Part shown: positions 61,965 through 64,000 of the stretch, in pieces
How the letters are laid out: the number at the start of each line of letters is the position of its first letter
How positions within the stretch are numbered: position 1 is the stretch's first letter
Assembly: GCA_964202605.1 (NCBI GenBank)
Contig: CAXNJN010000007.1
Location: 543-64,542 of the forward strand
DNA: 64,000 nucleotides
Direction of reading: 5' to 3'
Source: Bacteroidia bacterium
Lineage (GTDB): Bacteria > Bacteroidota > Bacteroidia > Cytophagales > Cyclobacteriaceae
The notes under the pieces: generated by a model
Databases searched by the model: none
Seen by the model: only the letters and a program-made list of their open reading frames with translations
Told to the model about the DNA's origin: nothing
Made by a program: the position numbers and the translations under genes

Positions 61965-62060
61965 CTATAACAGCTTCTAAAAGAAATTGGCGGTTCAGTG
62001 GTTCGTATTAATATTTGCGTTTGAAATCGCCACCTTCGCCAAACTACCTGAACGTTACTT
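61965..62060 (+). repeat. attC-like site
   Basis: ctataacagc...aattggcggttcagtggtt...aaatcgccacc...gaacgttac; begins 7 bp after the upstream stop. Confidence 0.65.
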
Positions 62061-62085
62061 ATAATTAAAAATTTTATTTTAATAA

Positions 62086-62703
62086 ATGAATCCACAACAA
62101 GAAATAGCAATCCAAAACTATTTTGAAAATAATCCACAAATTGTGAATTATTATCTTTCACAGGGATTTCAAAATGAAGCAATTCAAATTGATCAGCAGT
62201 GGACTCATAATGTACAAGCAATTTTGGCAGCAAATACCCCGCTAAGAATGGTTATTTTTGCAGAAGCACCAATATCTCGTCAACGATACTTCTACAATAA
62301 CCCAGGAAGTTTCTTAAACGCGTTAAAAAGTCATTATAACGATACATTAGCGCTTAATCCACAATTACAAAACAATACATTTATAAATTTTCTCAATCAA
62401 CGTGGTATCCTTTTGATTGACTTATACCAATACCCATTCCCACCCGAATTTTATACTGTACATCATAATTTATTTTTAGACATAAATTATATTAATGACA
62501 AACTCGCATTAGTCCAAAATCTTTTTAATACTAAAACTAAATTCACATTTAGGTATCAAATGATAATAAATAGAAATATTGCTACCATAGCGCCATTTAA
62601 CATGCACCAAAACCGTTTTGTATTTAACAATAATAATTTACAAAGACTATATCAAACTGAACGGCCTCAAATTATTAATCCTTATATAATTGAATATTTA
62701 TAA
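62086..62703 (+). CDS. Hypothetical, UDG-superfamily-like protein
   Basis: MVIFAEAP, YFYN and FLNQRGILLIDL motifs; very AT-rich. Confidence 0.55.
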   Translation: MNPQQEIAIQNYFENNPQIVNYYLSQGFQNEAIQIDQQWTHNVQAILAANTPLRMVIFAEAPISRQRYFYNNPGSFLNALKSHYNDTLALNPQLQNNTFINFLNQRGILLIDLYQYPFPPEFYTVHHNLFLDINYINDKLALVQNLFNTKTKFTFRYQMIINRNIATIAPFNMHQNRFVFNNNNLQRLYQTERPQIINPYIIEYL

Positions 62704-62707
62704 CCAT

Positions 62708-62787
62708 TCATAACAGAGTTTAAGTAATATTGCCTAGTTGCAAGCGCAACGCTGGGCTACATTTGTTAACACGCAAACCGTGTTCAG
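62708..62787 (+). repeat. attC-like site, homologous to 39826-39903 (inverted)
   Basis: cataacagagtttaagtaatattgcct...gcaac...cgcaaaccgt versus ctaacggcgtttaagcaatattgcct...acaac...cgcaaaacgtt. Confidence 0.65.
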
Positions 62788-62823
62788 TAACAAAAACGGC
62801 TATAATTATAAATAATTAACTAT

Positions 62824-63660
62824 ATGTCAAGACAACTTTTAACTGACCTTAACGGCAATAAAACAGGGCAGCTTAAAAAATTTTTAGACGACTTTAACGG
62901 CGAGCCAAGAATTGCGTGGTATCCTTCAGCGGGAAAAGATTTCAGAGCATTATTTTATCTTAATCCAAAATTTTCTTATCTACATCCTGTAGTAGTACAA
63001 GAACCACAACCGCCTGACCTATTTCTTTTCACAGATTATAACCCATGGCAAAACTCATCATTCTTAGACATCGGAACAATTTACTCAGACCACAGTATTC
63101 AAATTATTATTGAAAGTATTGAGGAACTGCCGAGACTAGATCTTCCATTACATGATGAAATAGTTCATGTTCCAAAAGGCGGACCAGCAACCGATCGAGC
63201 AGTTTTCTTAATAATAAGAGTTGAAAGTGATAGACTTGGAAGCATTACCTGTCCTGTTTTATATGCTTTTGCAGAAAATGAAATCTTCTATTGTAAAAAA
63301 TTAATCCCAAACAAAGCGATAATTACTCATTTAATTCATGTTCGTTATGGAGGTGGTTATGGTGGAGGTGGTCATGCTTCTGGGGTTTGGTTATTAAATG
63401 TTTTGGGGAAATTAAATTGCGAACTTTTCATAACAGACGGTCATCATCACTGGCAATCAGGCGACAACAAAGCAATGGAATTATGTGCTTTCATTCCAAA
63501 AGAAAATTCCTCGAAGCTAACACCAATAAGAACTATTGACGGTAGATTTTGGTCTGACCATGGTGATGTGAGTTTTAATTTAGTTTCAAAAAATAATTTA
63601 GGGACAGAAGAGGTATTGCAGCTAATCGTAACTACAAATAAATGTCAGACCAATAATTAA
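62824..63660 (+). CDS. Hypothetical protein
   Basis: 278 aa; WYPSAGKDF, FLFTDY and a Gly-rich HVRYGGGYGGG. Confidence 0.7.
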   Translation: MSRQLLTDLNGNKTGQLKKFLDDFNGEPRIAWYPSAGKDFRALFYLNPKFSYLHPVVVQEPQPPDLFLFTDYNPWQNSSFLDIGTIYSDHSIQIIIESIEELPRLDLPLHDEIVHVPKGGPATDRAVFLIIRVESDRLGSITCPVLYAFAENEIFYCKKLIPNKAIITHLIHVRYGGGYGGGGHASGVWLLNVLGKLNCELFITDGHHHWQSGDNKAMELCAFIPKENSSKLTPIRTIDGRFWSDHGDVSFNLVSKNNLGTEEVLQLIVTTNKCQTNN

Positions 63661-63713
63661 AAATTCTCACCCGAGCGTTTGATTAAATGAACCATAGTTA
63701 AATTGAAATAATC

Positions 63714-63941
63714 ATGAACGAATTTGAACAAGCCAAATCATTTGGCTTAATAACCATTCCAGAAGGACAAATGTGTTTCCATGTGCATACGGATAGATAC
63801 AATTTCATAAGTGTTGAAACTTCGGGGTATCCTATTCATGCAATGTGGCAAGGCGACCAAATAATAGTAAAAATGAACTATGGGGATATTAGGGTTTATA
63901 GCGAATTACGTTCATCAGCATATTACGTAGTGTCAAAATAA
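63714..63941 (+). CDS. Small hypothetical protein (WQG motif), paralogue of 31207-31428
   Basis: Alignable over its full length with the 73-aa ORF. Confidence 0.7.
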   Translation: MNEFEQAKSFGLITIPEGQMCFHVHTDRYNFISVETSGYPIHAMWQGDQIIVKMNYGDIRVYSELRSSAYYVVSK

Positions 63942-64000
63942 GAATAATTTTGTAACAGTTTTTATTTAGGAAAAAATTACAAATCTAATCATTGAACCTC

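Larger units (their letters stand above)
29281..64000. mobile_element. Composite genomic island / accessory region (continues past the right edge; no integrase seen)
   Basis: Abrupt switch to AT-richer DNA and hypothetical genes, dispersed repeats, tRNA remnants and pseudogenes. Confidence 0.7.

Noticed and set aside
29281-64000. Prophage or conjugative element
   Set aside because: No structural, terminase, tra/relaxase, transposase or integrase genes were recognised.

Overview
Bacteroidota chromosome, probably Cyclobacteriaceae/Algoriphagus-like (inferred from gene content and TAnnTTTG promoter boxes). Bases 1 to about 29.3 kb are ordinary core genome: GH109-like oxidoreductase, PaiB, PIF1-like helicase, M20 peptidase, purL, a TetR-TolC-RND efflux operon, an orphan UpxY, xseAB, dapA, a CNNM protein, ligA carrying an internal insertion, metG and a PepSY membrane protein. 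From about 29.3 kb to the end is a visibly AT-richer composite island with no integrase in the window. It contains: (i) an AAA-ATPase / small WQG protein / ECF-sigma-like-HExxH fusion / UDG-like module bracketed by direct repeats, with a partly parallel module at 61-64 kb; (ii) two runs of small genes separated by attC-like imperfect palindromes; (iii) a ~14 kb co-oriented envelope cluster built around a TRAFAC-type GTPase, with DUF4407-like paralogues, two DUF805 fusions (to TonB-C, and to cadherin plus a eukaryote-like LDLa/PRKCSH motif), PEGA, NTF2-like and FISUMP adhesin genes; (iv) two tRNA 3' remnants, repeated ACTGCAA arm-like sites and a res-like 32-bp site. All domain calls come from motif recognition by eye, not from database searches.
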